Notes: generated by a model not told the origin, from the sequence alone. DNA of 22,339 bases from Tubiluchus corallicola (GCA_030141605.1 JAQGDQ010002476.1:1-22339), one strand, 5' to 3'; counted from the stretch's first letter, positions 9,705 to 18,802 are shown. A program made the numbers and translations.

Positions 9705-10297
9705 TACTCAAGAACCCCTTTAGTTGAAACAACCCCTTCGCCATGAAGCTCAACAGCGCTCCTCACAGAATAAGCTAAAGATTTGAAAATTGCTTCTGCG
9801 ATATGATGAGAATTTGCCCCATATCTGCACATTATATGAAGAGAAGCCCGCGCATTGCTCGCAAAAGCCCTCATAAACTCCTCGACTAAACACAAATCAA
9901 AAGAGCCGGTCTTTTCCGTAGGGAATTTTGCGTCAAAATTCAGATAAATCCTGCCGGAAAAATCTATAACGCTCTCCACCAAAGCCTCATCCATAGGAAT
10001 CAACGCAGAGCCGTACCTCTTGATATTATCCTTCTTCCCCAAAGCTTTGTCAAAAGCTTGGCCCAAAGCTATGCCAACATCTTCAACAGTATGATGATAA
10101 TCTACACCGATATCCCCCTCAGCCTCAACGGTGAGGGAAAATCCGCTATGTCTTGCAAATTGCTCCAACATGTGATCAAAAAAATCTACCCCTGTAGAAA
10201 TCCTGTATTCACAATGACCATCCAAGCCCAAACTCACAACGACATCCGTTTCATTAGTCTGCCTGCTGACTCTGGCGTTCCTCTCAATCCTCTCCAT
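9704..10297 (-). CDS. hisB: Imidazoleglycerol-phosphate dehydratase (monofunctional HisB)
   Basis: RQTNET, TGVDFFDHML, DYHHTVED, PMDEAL, NSHHIAEAIFK and STKG; likely ATG at 10297 with GGAG upstream (ORF track extends to 10327). Confidence 0.96.
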   Translation of the reverse strand: MERIERNARVSRQTNETDVVVSLGLDGHCEYRISTGVDFFDHMLEQFARHSGFSLTVEAEGDIGVDYHHTVEDVGIALGQAFDKALGKKDNIKRYGSALIPMDEALVESVIDFSGRIYLNFDAKFPTEKTGSFDLCLVEEFMRAFASNARASLHIMCRYGANSHHIAEAIFKSLAYSVRSAVELHGEGVVSTKGVLE

Positions 10298-10371
10298 AAC
10301 TGTCAAATATCTCCAATTTTTTAACAATAGTGCGAAACAGCCTAAGTTCTAGAGCTAATCACATGTCATCT

Positions 10372-11799
10372 CTAGGACGTGCTATCTCTCAAATTTCGAA
10401 TATTTTGCTCAGAACTTATGTAGTCCAACAAGCTGCTGTCTCCCAGCATTGCAGCCATATTGGCATCGAGCAGAGCCTCACCAACTTTGTTCATATAAAG
10501 CTTGGCACTACCTCTACCTATGTATGCCAGGACATATTCCTTATCAGCGGATAAAATTTTGTCAAAGCACTTGATGGCATTCTTGTATCTTTCCAAAAAA
10601 AGGCAGGCAGAACCGCACAGATACAATACATCAAGATTTCCAATCCCGAGCTTTATGCTTTGAAACAGGTCATTATAGCTCTCTTCATACTTCTCAAGCT
10701 GAAAGTATATGTAGCCTCTATTGTAATAGTAGTCTCCGGATTTCGGCTCTAGAGATATTGCAACATCAAGATTCTCTATAGCAGCATCCATATTGCCAAT
10801 ACCGGCGTGACTTGCGGCTCTCTCAGAGTACGATACTGCGTTTTTATCGTTCAGCATAATTGCGATGTCCAAAGGGTCCAGAGCTTCTTTAAACATCCCC
10901 TTGTCATTTAGCACTATCCCTATGTTTAGGTAATACTTTTCCTTCCCGGGGTTTATGCTTAAGGCTTTTCTATAATCTGCCTCAGCATTGTCCAACATAT
11001 TCAATCTGTAATAGCTCGTACCTCTTTTCATGCAGTATTCATCGTTGTAAGGGTCTATATCGATAGCCTTACTCAAATATTGGACGCTCAAATAGTATTC
11101 TTCACAGATGTAATGATACAGGGCAAGATTAAAGTAATAGAGAGCAAAGTCAGGCGCCAGCTTCACGGCAGCATTCAGATAGAAGATTCTCTTCTCAAAA
11201 TCCTCCCTCAATATGGTAGCACTGCGTATGGCTTTGTAGTTGTACTCAATCGCTTTTAGTCGATAAAAAGCTTTTTGAAACCGATCGGCTTCATCCGGAT
11301 TGTTCTTAACGCTCCCTTCATCATACACATACTTGTCAATGATGATAAAAGCACTCTCTTCTTCATTTGCCAAGATATCAGACTGAATGTTAGTAAGATA
11401 AGGATCCTCTATCAGCCTATGTACGTAATACTTTAAGTCTTTTAGATCCACTTCACCGAAAACGTTCAGGTAAATCCCTTTGTCTTTTAAATCGTAATCG
11501 CTGCGAAGCTCTTCCTTTGCATGAATATCCGTCAGGATGGAAACCACAGAAATTTGTGCTTGAAAACTTAGTTCTGAAAATATGTTGAAATTGGATAGAG
11601 AATCACAGACGCTCTCCAACACCGTGTATTTCCCTTTATAATAAAGGATTTCCTTAACTGAGGCCTCATCAATGCCCTCAAGATACACCCCGAGTGAATA
11701 ACTGAGGAAGAGCTTGCCATCCTTTTCAAACTTCTCGACACTGGCTAGAGAATCCATATTCTGGTTTTTTTTGCCAAACAAGTAGTTAAATAATCTCAC
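10372..11799 (-). CDS. Tetratricopeptide repeat protein with uncharacterised N-terminal domain
   Basis: The C-terminal half has repeated ~34-aa TPR units (YFNLA…LSKAIDIDP, KRG…ADYRKALSINP, YLNIG…, YYNRG…, AYIGRG…); the N-terminal ~170 aa are unrecognised; no obvious TM helix. Confidence 0.85.
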   Translation of the reverse strand: MRLFNYLFGKKNQNMDSLASVEKFEKDGKLFLSYSLGVYLEGIDEASVKEILYYKGKYTVLESVCDSLSNFNIFSELSFQAQISVVSILTDIHAKEELRSDYDLKDKGIYLNVFGEVDLKDLKYYVHRLIEDPYLTNIQSDILANEEESAFIIIDKYVYDEGSVKNNPDEADRFQKAFYRLKAIEYNYKAIRSATILREDFEKRIFYLNAAVKLAPDFALYYFNLALYHYICEEYYLSVQYLSKAIDIDPYNDEYCMKRGTSYYRLNMLDNAEADYRKALSINPGKEKYYLNIGIVLNDKGMFKEALDPLDIAIMLNDKNAVSYSERAASHAGIGNMDAAIENLDVAISLEPKSGDYYYNRGYIYFQLEKYEESYNDLFQSIKLGIGNLDVLYLCGSACLFLERYKNAIKCFDKILSADKEYVLAYIGRGSAKLYMNKVGEALLDANMAAMLGDSSLLDYISSEQNIRNLRDSTS

Positions 11800-11844
11800 A
11801 CAACAACCTTACCGAAGACATTAAACAAGAAACACAAAAGAATT

Positions 11845-11873
11845 ATAGTATAATTCCGTCGCACTTTCCACAA
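11845..11873 (-). promoter_or_regulatory. Putative sigma70 promoter for the TPR-his-pgpA block
   Basis: On the minus strand: TTGTGG (11873-11868), 17 nt, TACTAT (11850-11845), overlapping a TATAAT. Confidence 0.4.
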
Positions 11874-11940
11874 GTTATATCATCTTTCGATCACAAGCGT
11901 CATTCATAAAGTGAATAGTTGTTTTGCCATGGCACTTTTT

Positions 11941-12599
11941 TTAACGAGACTCAAGGGCGTGGACTTTTGCTTCCATCAAGCCCATTGTGACTCTTTTTAC
12001 CATAAATGCAATGTAGAGCATGGTAAAAGCAAAAAGGGAAACGAACAGAGCGATCTTCATATCAGGGTGTATCCCTCCTCCGCCCTTTTGCAAGACATTC
12101 GGGTGCATATTATTCCACCATCTTATGGAGAAGAAAACGATGGGCACATTTATAAAGGCCATAATTCCGAATACAGCAGAAAACTTTGTCCTAAGCGTGA
12201 TATCTTCCACAAACTTTCTCAACATGATATACCCAAAATACATAAACCACAAAACAAGGGTGGTAGTAAGGCGCATATCCCACACCCACCATACCCCCCA
12301 AACCGGTTTTGCCCACAAAGGCCCGGTGACAAGCACCATGGATGTAAAGAGCAGCCCAATCTCTGCAGAAGAAGAGCCCACTATATCAATCGTCTGCTTT
12401 TCATTCAAAAGCACTAGTATGCTGCATACAAACGTAACAAAAAATGCAAAAACGCTATCCAAGCGGAAGATACGTGGAAATAAAATATCCTCTGGACAGG
12501 TCCCATAACTCTCTCCGTCGGAGCGTAAACAAACACAAAGTAAAGAGCTATAATGACGAAACAGACCGCAAGCGCATCTATAATAACAAACTTTTTCAT
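11941..12599 (-). CDS. ccmC: Heme exporter / cytochrome c biogenesis protein CcmC, frameshifted near 12450
   Basis: ORF 12414..12599 (…QRIFYFHVSSAWIAF) joins the frame of 11941..12606 (FAFFVTF…WAKPVWGVWWVWDMRLTT…SIRWWNNMHP) if the T5 run (A 12448-12452 on +) is T6; WWD motif and both His ligands are present. Confidence 0.9.
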
Positions 12600-12602
12600 A
12601 AT

Positions 12603-13280
12603 TCACTCCTCGGCAATGAAGCCGAACACAACAAAAATAACAGATATATAAACAGCATCAAAAAAAATTAGCAACCTTATCCACCTGCCCGCCTCTGCCA
12701 TATCTATGCCGCCAAGATATATGTTCGTAGCGCTTATGCCTGCAAGGATGACCGGCACAAGTATCGGCAAGAGAAGTATAGGGAGCATAATTTCTCTGGT
12801 TTTCGTCTTCACAGACATCACAGAAAATAGCGTACCCGTCACGGAAAAACCCAAAGAAACCAAGGGCGCAATGACTAAAAGCATGAAACTATGAGCAAAG
12901 AAATTGATACCGTAAAGTACGCTAAAGGCTGGCAAAACAGCTATCTCAACCATTGTAATGAATACAAAGTTTGAGATCACCTTTCCAAAAAAGAAAGCCG
13001 TCCTATCGATGGGAGCCATCATTATGGCGCTAAAGTTATCCCCATCTGTCTCATTCATCATAGCTTTGTTAAGTCCCAAAATACCCGCAAATATTACAGA
13101 CATCCAAAATATGCCGCCAGCAGTTTCAAACTTTGCATCGCTGCCGGGAACGTATATAAAGCTAAAGACCACAACGGTCAGAAGAGAAAAAACAAGCATG
13201 GATAGAAGTATCTCCTTGCTTTTGTATTCAAGCTTCAGGTCCTTTAGCACTATAGCGGCTATACTCTTCAGATAATGCAA
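12603..13280 (-). CDS. ccmB: Heme exporter protein CcmB
   Basis: KDLKLE-x-KSKE N-terminus, multiple TM helices, FFGKVISN and REIMLPILLLP; lies between ccmA and ccmC. Confidence 0.92.
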   Translation of the reverse strand: MHYLKSIAAIVLKDLKLEYKSKEILLSMLVFSLLTVVVFSFIYVPGSDAKFETAGGIFWMSVIFAGILGLNKAMMNETDGDNFSAIMMAPIDRTAFFFGKVISNFVFITMVEIAVLPAFSVLYGINFFAHSFMLLVIAPLVSLGFSVTGTLFSVMSVKTKTREIMLPILLLPILVPVILAGISATNIYLGGIDMAEAGRWIRLLIFFDAVYISVIFVVFGFIAEE

Positions 13281-13283
13281 AAG

Positions 13284-13985
13284 CTATTCACCCTCCATTA
13301 TAGCGATATATCTATCTTCGAAATCATCCTTATTGAGATTTTTTTTATCCTCAAACATTTCAAGATTGCCCCTATTCAGCACAGCTATCTTGGAAGCTAA
13401 ACCAAAGCCTAGGGAGAGGTTGTGAGTAATGAGCATTATCGTTTTGCTTTTGTTCAAAAGCTCTTCCAACATAGACGTGAGTATTCCGGCTGCATGTCTG
13501 TCAAGTCCCGTGTACGGTTCGTCCAAAAATACAATATCAGGCTCATGAATAAGAGCTCTTGCTATCGCCACTCTCTGGATCATACCTCTGGAATAGGTGC
13601 CAACGAGGTCATCCTTTCTATTCAAAAGGTTCACTTTTTCGAGCAGATAGTCTATCCTATCATTGAGATCACTAACACCGTACAGTTTTCCATAAAACTT
13701 GAGATTATCCTGGGCTGAAAGCCCATTGTACAGGAAGGATTGGTGGCTGATGACGCCAAACTTCTCTCTAAAATTATCCCGAAGACTTTTGTAAGAAGCG
13801 TCCTGATAGAATATATCGCCACCAGTTGCTCTAGTTTGGCAAGAAAGTATCTTTAGCAGGGTAGTCTTTCCGGCTCCGTTCGGACCAAAGACGCTCAAAA
13901 AGTCTCCGCGCGACAATTCAAATGATACGTCATTCAGGGCATTGATATAGCCGTAACGTTTTTTAATCCCAGCAACCTTCAACAT
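13284..13985 (-). CDS. ccmA: Heme ABC exporter ATP-binding protein CcmA
   Basis: Walker A GPNGAGKTT, signature YSRGM, Walker B VFLDEP, H-loop ITH; ccm context. Start uncertain (ATG 13985 or GTG 14018). Confidence 0.88.
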   Translation of the reverse strand: MLKVAGIKKRYGYINALNDVSFELSRGDFLSVFGPNGAGKTTLLKILSCQTRATGGDIFYQDASYKSLRDNFREKFGVISHQSFLYNGLSAQDNLKFYGKLYGVSDLNDRIDYLLEKVNLLNRKDDLVGTYSRGMIQRVAIARALIHEPDIVFLDEPYTGLDRHAAGILTSMLEELLNKSKTIMLITHNLSLGFGLASKIAVLNRGNLEMFEDKKNLNKDDFEDRYIAIMEGE

Positions 13986-14083
13986 ACCTTTACACCACCA
14001 GAACTTTCCATTTATCACCTTTTAAAGGATGAAAAAGATACGCCGCGCCCTGCATCCTAGCCTTAACATCGTCACCTCAAAAT

Positions 14084-16024
14084 TTAAGGGCTTCTGTATC
14101 TCACAGTGAGCGAAACGGCAGATCCCACAGCAAGCAAAAATATTCCAAACCATATCATCCAAACCATGGGTAGATATTTCAATCTTATCAAATGGGTTTC
14201 ACCGTTTGAATCAGGTTGAATAAGGGCAAAGTATAGATCTCCGTGCCACGTCATCCTCACGGCTACTTCCTTGAAGATGCTCTCAAAGTGTGTAAAGTAT
14301 TTTCTATTTTCTGGTGCAACCTGCGTCACGTATTTGCCGTTTTTGCTCAATTTCAAAGGAGCATTTAGATATATGTATGAAGACGTTTCTCCCGTGACAA
14401 GATCCCCAACCTCCACATCGTACCCCATAAACATTATGATTTCACCGGGCGCAACGGTAACTTGGGTATCGATAGAGTAATAGGCAGAATATATAACCCC
14501 ATATGCCATGAATATGAATGACAAGTGACAAATGATATTACCCAGCTTAAGCCTATTGACAAAGGCTTTTCGAGCAATAACCAACTTCAAATAGGAATAC
14601 AGAAGCACAAAGACAGAGCCGGTAGCAAAGGAGGTAACAAAGAAGAGCAAAAGGGCGTTCAGATTGTAGTGGCCAGAAGCATAAAATATTCCGGATACAA
14701 CAAGCCCAAAAGACAGAGCAAAAATAGATTGCTTAGTCAGATCTAGTATATTTCTGTGAGGCAAACTTAAAAGGTGCCCTACCCCCATGAACGCTATCAT
14801 AATGGTAAAGAACGGATATGTGGCTTTATTGTAGTACGTTTCGTTGACGCTGTACTTTTGCGATATGAATATATCGCTGATGACCGGCATCATTGTCCCG
14901 AACAGCACAACAAACGTGATAGCAACAAACAACCAGTTGCTGATTGCAATGAGCCCCACCTTCGAAAGAATGGGATATTCATTCCCAAAACGGAAAGCAC
15001 TTCTACGGATCAATACTAGAGCAGAACTGATCAGAAGGATAAACACCATAAACACCACAAACCATGTTCCCAAAGGGGACTCGCCAAAACTGTGGACAGA
15101 ATCTATAATCCCGCTCCTTGTCAAGAATGTTGCAAAGATGCTCAGCAAAAATCCACCGATGGCAAATGCATATGTCCATTCCTTAAGGATATTACTTCGC
15201 TGATACATGATGGCAGAGTGAAGCAGACCGGTAAGAAAGAACCATGGAAAGATACTTGCATTTTCCACAGGGTCCCAAGCCCAATATCCTCCCCATCCAA
15301 GCTCTAAATACGCCCATTGCCCCCCAAGGACAATGCCCGCCCCTAAAAAAGCCCAAGATACGATGACCCACGGTCTAGATGATCTTATCCAATCATTGCT
15401 AGTATTGTTCAAAGTAAGAGAAGCGAGCGCATAAGCAAAAGGGACAGTAGCGCCTGCAAAACCCACAAAAAGTATGGGCGGATGATATACCATGCCAGGG
15501 TTGATCAGCAAAGGATTTAAACCCGCTCCATCGCTTCTAACGGAGCCCATGAGAGCAAAGGGATTCTCTACAAAACAGTTTAACATCATAAAAAACGTAG
15601 AGACCAGCACTATGTAGAATATTACAGTAGAAGAAAAATCCTTATCGTAGTTCTTCATCCTAAATATCTCTAAAAGACAAAATAGAGCAATCAACAATCC
15701 CCAGAAGAGCAGAGAACCAGCTTGTCCCGCCCAAAAAGAGGAAATTTTATAGAGGAGAGACAGGTCGTTGCTCGTGTATCTGAAGACATAAGTAAACCGA
15801 TAATTCTCCGTAACAAGGGCATGCATCAACACTACCGATGCCCACACTATGAGAAGGATATGCCCATACACAAAGAACATAAATATCTTGTTAAGAACGA
15901 TATTGTTGTTGTAAACATTTTGCAAACTATAACGATTGCACACAAACTTATACAAAAAGCTCAAAAGTGCGCCAAAACCGAAAATTAGAGCAAACAGCGT
16001 AATAAGATGCTCATACATACCCAA
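14084..16024 (-). CDS. ccmF: Cytochrome c biogenesis heme lyase CcmF
   Basis: 646 aa polytopic protein; FWAGQAGSLLFW, GLNPLL, YHPP, WAYLELGWGGYWAWDPVEN (WWD), LLHS, SVHSF and ICHL motifs; GAGG RBS before TTG 16024. Confidence 0.94.
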   Translation of the reverse strand: MGMYEHLITLFALIFGFGALLSFLYKFVCNRYSLQNVYNNNIVLNKIFMFFVYGHILLIVWASVVLMHALVTENYRFTYVFRYTSNDLSLLYKISSFWAGQAGSLLFWGLLIALFCLLEIFRMKNYDKDFSSTVIFYIVLVSTFFMMLNCFVENPFALMGSVRSDGAGLNPLLINPGMVYHPPILFVGFAGATVPFAYALASLTLNNTSNDWIRSSRPWVIVSWAFLGAGIVLGGQWAYLELGWGGYWAWDPVENASIFPWFFLTGLLHSAIMYQRSNILKEWTYAFAIGGFLLSIFATFLTRSGIIDSVHSFGESPLGTWFVVFMVFILLISSALVLIRRSAFRFGNEYPILSKVGLIAISNWLFVAITFVVLFGTMMPVISDIFISQKYSVNETYYNKATYPFFTIMIAFMGVGHLLSLPHRNILDLTKQSIFALSFGLVVSGIFYASGHYNLNALLLFFVTSFATGSVFVLLYSYLKLVIARKAFVNRLKLGNIICHLSFIFMAYGVIYSAYYSIDTQVTVAPGEIIMFMGYDVEVGDLVTGETSSYIYLNAPLKLSKNGKYVTQVAPENRKYFTHFESIFKEVAVRMTWHGDLYFALIQPDSNGETHLIRLKYLPMVWMIWFGIFLLAVGSAVSLTVRYRSP

Positions 16025-16107
16025 AATGTACCTCTAAAAAATTTACCAAAAACGTTAAGCTTTGCAGATAAACGAACGGATGTAAACACCTAATGTGACT
16101 TGTAAGA

Positions 16108-16500
16108 TCATTCTTCCACATCATACTTAGACGGACATTTTACCATAAGATTTTTGGCATCAAACGTGCCGTCGGCAGCGTTAAAAACACCTTCAACAAT
16201 AGCTTGTTGCCCTTCTTCAAAAGCATCCGGTACGACACCTGAAAAAGCAACTTGGATCTCCGCCCCACTGTCATCGTCCATCACAAAGGTCAGCAAGTTG
16301 TCATTTACGAAGGACGAGCCTTTCTGGATATTGCCGCTTACTCTCACATTCTTTTGCAAGCTTTCAGACTGATCAATATTCGCAAGGTCCGCAACCTCCA
16401 TATAGTAGAGGCTTCCGTCCCGCAGCGCACCAAAAAGTATAAACGCCGTAGCGAAAGATATAGTCAAAGCCGCAATCAGTACCTTGATGCCATTCCTCAT
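16108..16500 (-). CDS. ccmE: Heme chaperone CcmE, Cys-type (CxxxY) variant
   Basis: N-terminal TM anchor, YY, VRVSG, GVVPDAFEEG and IVEG motifs, and C-terminal KCPSKY in place of KHDENY. Confidence 0.92.
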   Translation of the reverse strand: MRNGIKVLIAALTISFATAFILFGALRDGSLYYMEVADLANIDQSESLQKNVRVSGNIQKGSSFVNDNLLTFVMDDDSGAEIQVAFSGVVPDAFEEGQQAIVEGVFNAADGTFDAKNLMVKCPSKYDVEE

Positions 16501-16591
16501 TAGTATATAATCCTTGCTAAATGAAAGCCGTTAATGTTATTTAGTCTAGACCGATTATATTCTCACTTAGAAGATAAGGAAAGGGTTTTTT

Positions 16592-17315
16592 ATGCAAATT
16601 ACGCATTACAGTGTCTTTTTGGCGGGTGCTTTATCATTCCTGTCTCCGTGTGTGCTCCCTTTAGTGCCTGCTTACGTGTCCTATGTGTCTGGGACGAGTG
16701 TCAATGATCTTGCAGGAGACCCTAATGCAAAAATCAAGGGGTTGTTGGGCACAATATTCTTTGGACTCGGATTTACGCTCGTATTTATAGCCCTTGGAGC
16801 TACCGCCACAGCCATAGGCTCGTTGATGTTTAACAACAGATTCCTGTTGGCTCAAATAGGCGGCATCGTACTTATCATATTTGGACTTCACCTTATGGGG
16901 CTGTTCAGGATAACATTGCTGTTTAAAGAGCGCAAACTCCGAATCAACTTTGGCGTAAGCATGCCCTTATACCTCAAGTCCTTTATTCTCGGTGTCGGTT
17001 TTGTCCTGGGTTGGAGCCCATGTATTGGCCCCATATTGTCTGCGGTTTTGCTACTGGCAGCACAAGAGGATACCGTATATCAGGGAATGTTTATGCTGAG
17101 TATATACTCTCTAGGTTTGTGGATACCTTTCCTCATCTGTTCAGTCCTGGTGGGGAGTATCATGAGCTTTGATGAGTAAATACGGCAAGATCCTAAGATG
17201 GATAGAGATAACTGCCGGGGCGTTGCTTATAATCGTCGGGACATTTATGTTTACAGGGTATATCGCCAGAATAAACGCACTGTTTCAAAGCTATTTCTCT
17301 TTTGCAGTCATATAG
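16592..17315 (+). CDS. ccdA: Cytochrome c biogenesis thiol-disulfide transporter CcdA (DsbD-beta-like), frameshifted near 17168
   Basis: AGALSFLSPCVLPLVP and GWSPCIGPIL carry the two redox Cys; after the T run at 17168-17170 the +1 frame gives the last TM helix MSKYGKILRWIEITAGALLIIVGTFMFTG…AVI*, TAG 17313-17315. Confidence 0.9.
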
Positions 17316-17384
17316 TACTCCCAGAAATATTTGACAAAAATTGCAAATTTCCAATATTGGTCTGAAACCATTTAGGAGATACTT

Positions 17385-18395
17385 ATGACAGACAAGAGAT
17401 ATATGCTAACCTTTTTTGATGCCCATCCGTATGATGAGCATTACTTCAATAAACTGAATAAAGACTATAAATTTAAGATAAGGTACGTTCAGAATAGATT
17501 AAGCATCAGTACTGTGGAGCTTGCCAAAGATGCCGACGCCATATGTGTTTTTGTAAACGACACTGTGGATAGGGATGTCATAGACAAGCTTGTGGAGTAT
17601 GATATCAAGCTTATTGCGCTGCGCTGCGCTGGGTTTAACAACGTCGATTTAAAGTATGCTGCAGGAAAGGTAGCTCTTTCGAGGGTGCCTGCCTATTCCC
17701 CTTATGCGGTTGCAGAGCATGCATTCGGCCTTATTTTAACCCTAAATCGCAAAATACATAGAGCGTATTTACGAACAAGAGAGTTAAACTTCAGTCTCAA
17801 TGGCCTCACGGGCTTCGACATGCATGGTAAGACCATAGGTGTCATAGGCACAGGGAAGATAGGTAGAGCCATGATATCAATCGCAAAAGGTTGCGGTATG
17901 AATGTTTTAGCGTACGACATCTATCCTGACCACGAATACGCAAAAAAGGTCGGAATTAGATATGCAGAACTTGCCGATATCTACTCTGACTCAGACATAA
18001 TATCCCTTCATTGCCCGCTGATATCATCAACTTACCATATGATAGAAGCCGATCAGCTCGCCACGATGAAGGACGGAGTGTACATAATCAATACTAGCAG
18101 GGGCGCCTTAATTAATACGAAAGACCTTGTGGATGCTATCCTAAATGGCAAAGTTGGAGCTGCGGGACTTGATGTTTATGAAGAAGAGGACGGATACTTC
18201 TTTGAAGATCACTCCCAAGAAAATGTTATGCAAGATGAAGTGCTCGCAAGGCTTTTAGGTATGCACAATGTTATTGTGACATCTCACCAAGCTTTTTTAA
18301 CCGATGAAGCTTTGACAAATATCGCGACCACCACACTTGAAAATATAAAGTCCTATCTCGTAGACAACCGGTTGTTAAACCCTGTGGAGGCTTAG
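17385..18395 (+). CDS. ldhA: D-lactate dehydrogenase / D-isomer-specific 2-hydroxyacid dehydrogenase
   Basis: CVFVND, IALRCAGFNNVDL, RVPAYSPYAVAEH, GVIGTGKIG, SLHCPL, INTSRGALI, GLDVYEEE and TSHQAFLT; AGGAG RBS; TTGACA at 17331-17336 upstream. Confidence 0.9.
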   Translation: MTDKRYMLTFFDAHPYDEHYFNKLNKDYKFKIRYVQNRLSISTVELAKDADAICVFVNDTVDRDVIDKLVEYDIKLIALRCAGFNNVDLKYAAGKVALSRVPAYSPYAVAEHAFGLILTLNRKIHRAYLRTRELNFSLNGLTGFDMHGKTIGVIGTGKIGRAMISIAKGCGMNVLAYDIYPDHEYAKKVGIRYAELADIYSDSDIISLHCPLISSTYHMIEADQLATMKDGVYIINTSRGALINTKDLVDAILNGKVGAAGLDVYEEEDGYFFEDHSQENVMQDEVLARLLGMHNVIVTSHQAFLTDEALTNIATTTLENIKSYLVDNRLLNPVEA

Positions 18396-18695
18396 CCATC
18401 TGCAGTTTCAACCGCCGATACTACCGCTACATTATATCACTCCGTAAGGTTTAGCTCTTTTGGTAATGAAGTTTGTTTGGATTTAAAAGGAAAGGTTACA
18501 CATCGGTAAAGGCATGATGCCCGTAAAATAGTGTCAAAGATGCTTAAGTATGACCAAGGGGAAGGAATGAGAACCTCTTCCACGCTTCTTCTAGAAACGT
18601 GAACCCGTAAGTGTCTCCCCATTTGGGATCTCTTGGTGAAAACCTATTTTTAGGTCTATTTATCCTTATCTGTGATATAAAGTTCAACTCGCCCT

Positions 18696-18724
18696 TTGAC
18701 AAATGAGATATTTTATCTTATCTT
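18696..18724 (+). promoter_or_regulatory. Putative sigma70 promoter of gltX-der
   Basis: Perfect TTGACA (18696-18701), 17 nt, TATCTT (18719-18724). Confidence 0.55.
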
Positions 18725-18802
18725 TGTGGGTTCGTCATATATGCATTATATAGTGCTTTGGTTTCCTATAATCTTTAGGTTATCCACTTTTTAGGAGGGT
18801 TT

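Noticed and set aside
11941-12606. Cys-rich N-terminus (MNYEKVCYYRCACG…) of the 221-aa ORF as a novel CcmC extension
   Set aside because: Wrong-frame translation upstream of the indel; the true N-terminus is ORF 12414..12599.
18461-18570. Cobalamin-riboswitch-like fragments (TTAAAAGGAA, CGGTAAA, GGGAAGG)
   Set aside because: Lacks the GCCACTG and B12-box (CAGGAGACC-type) elements, and no B12-related gene follows.
18553-18660. tRNA (including a CUA suppressor or Pyl tRNA) or T-box upstream of gltX
   Set aside because: No TTC T-loop, no proper 7-nt anticodon loop, no CCA end and no GGTGGNACC T-box motif.
2227-18788. DnaA-box-like sequences (TGTGGAAAA at 2227, similar near 11865, TTATCCACT at 18780) as oriC
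   Set aside because: Isolated, imperfect and kilobases apart; no cluster, and no dnaA or gidA context.
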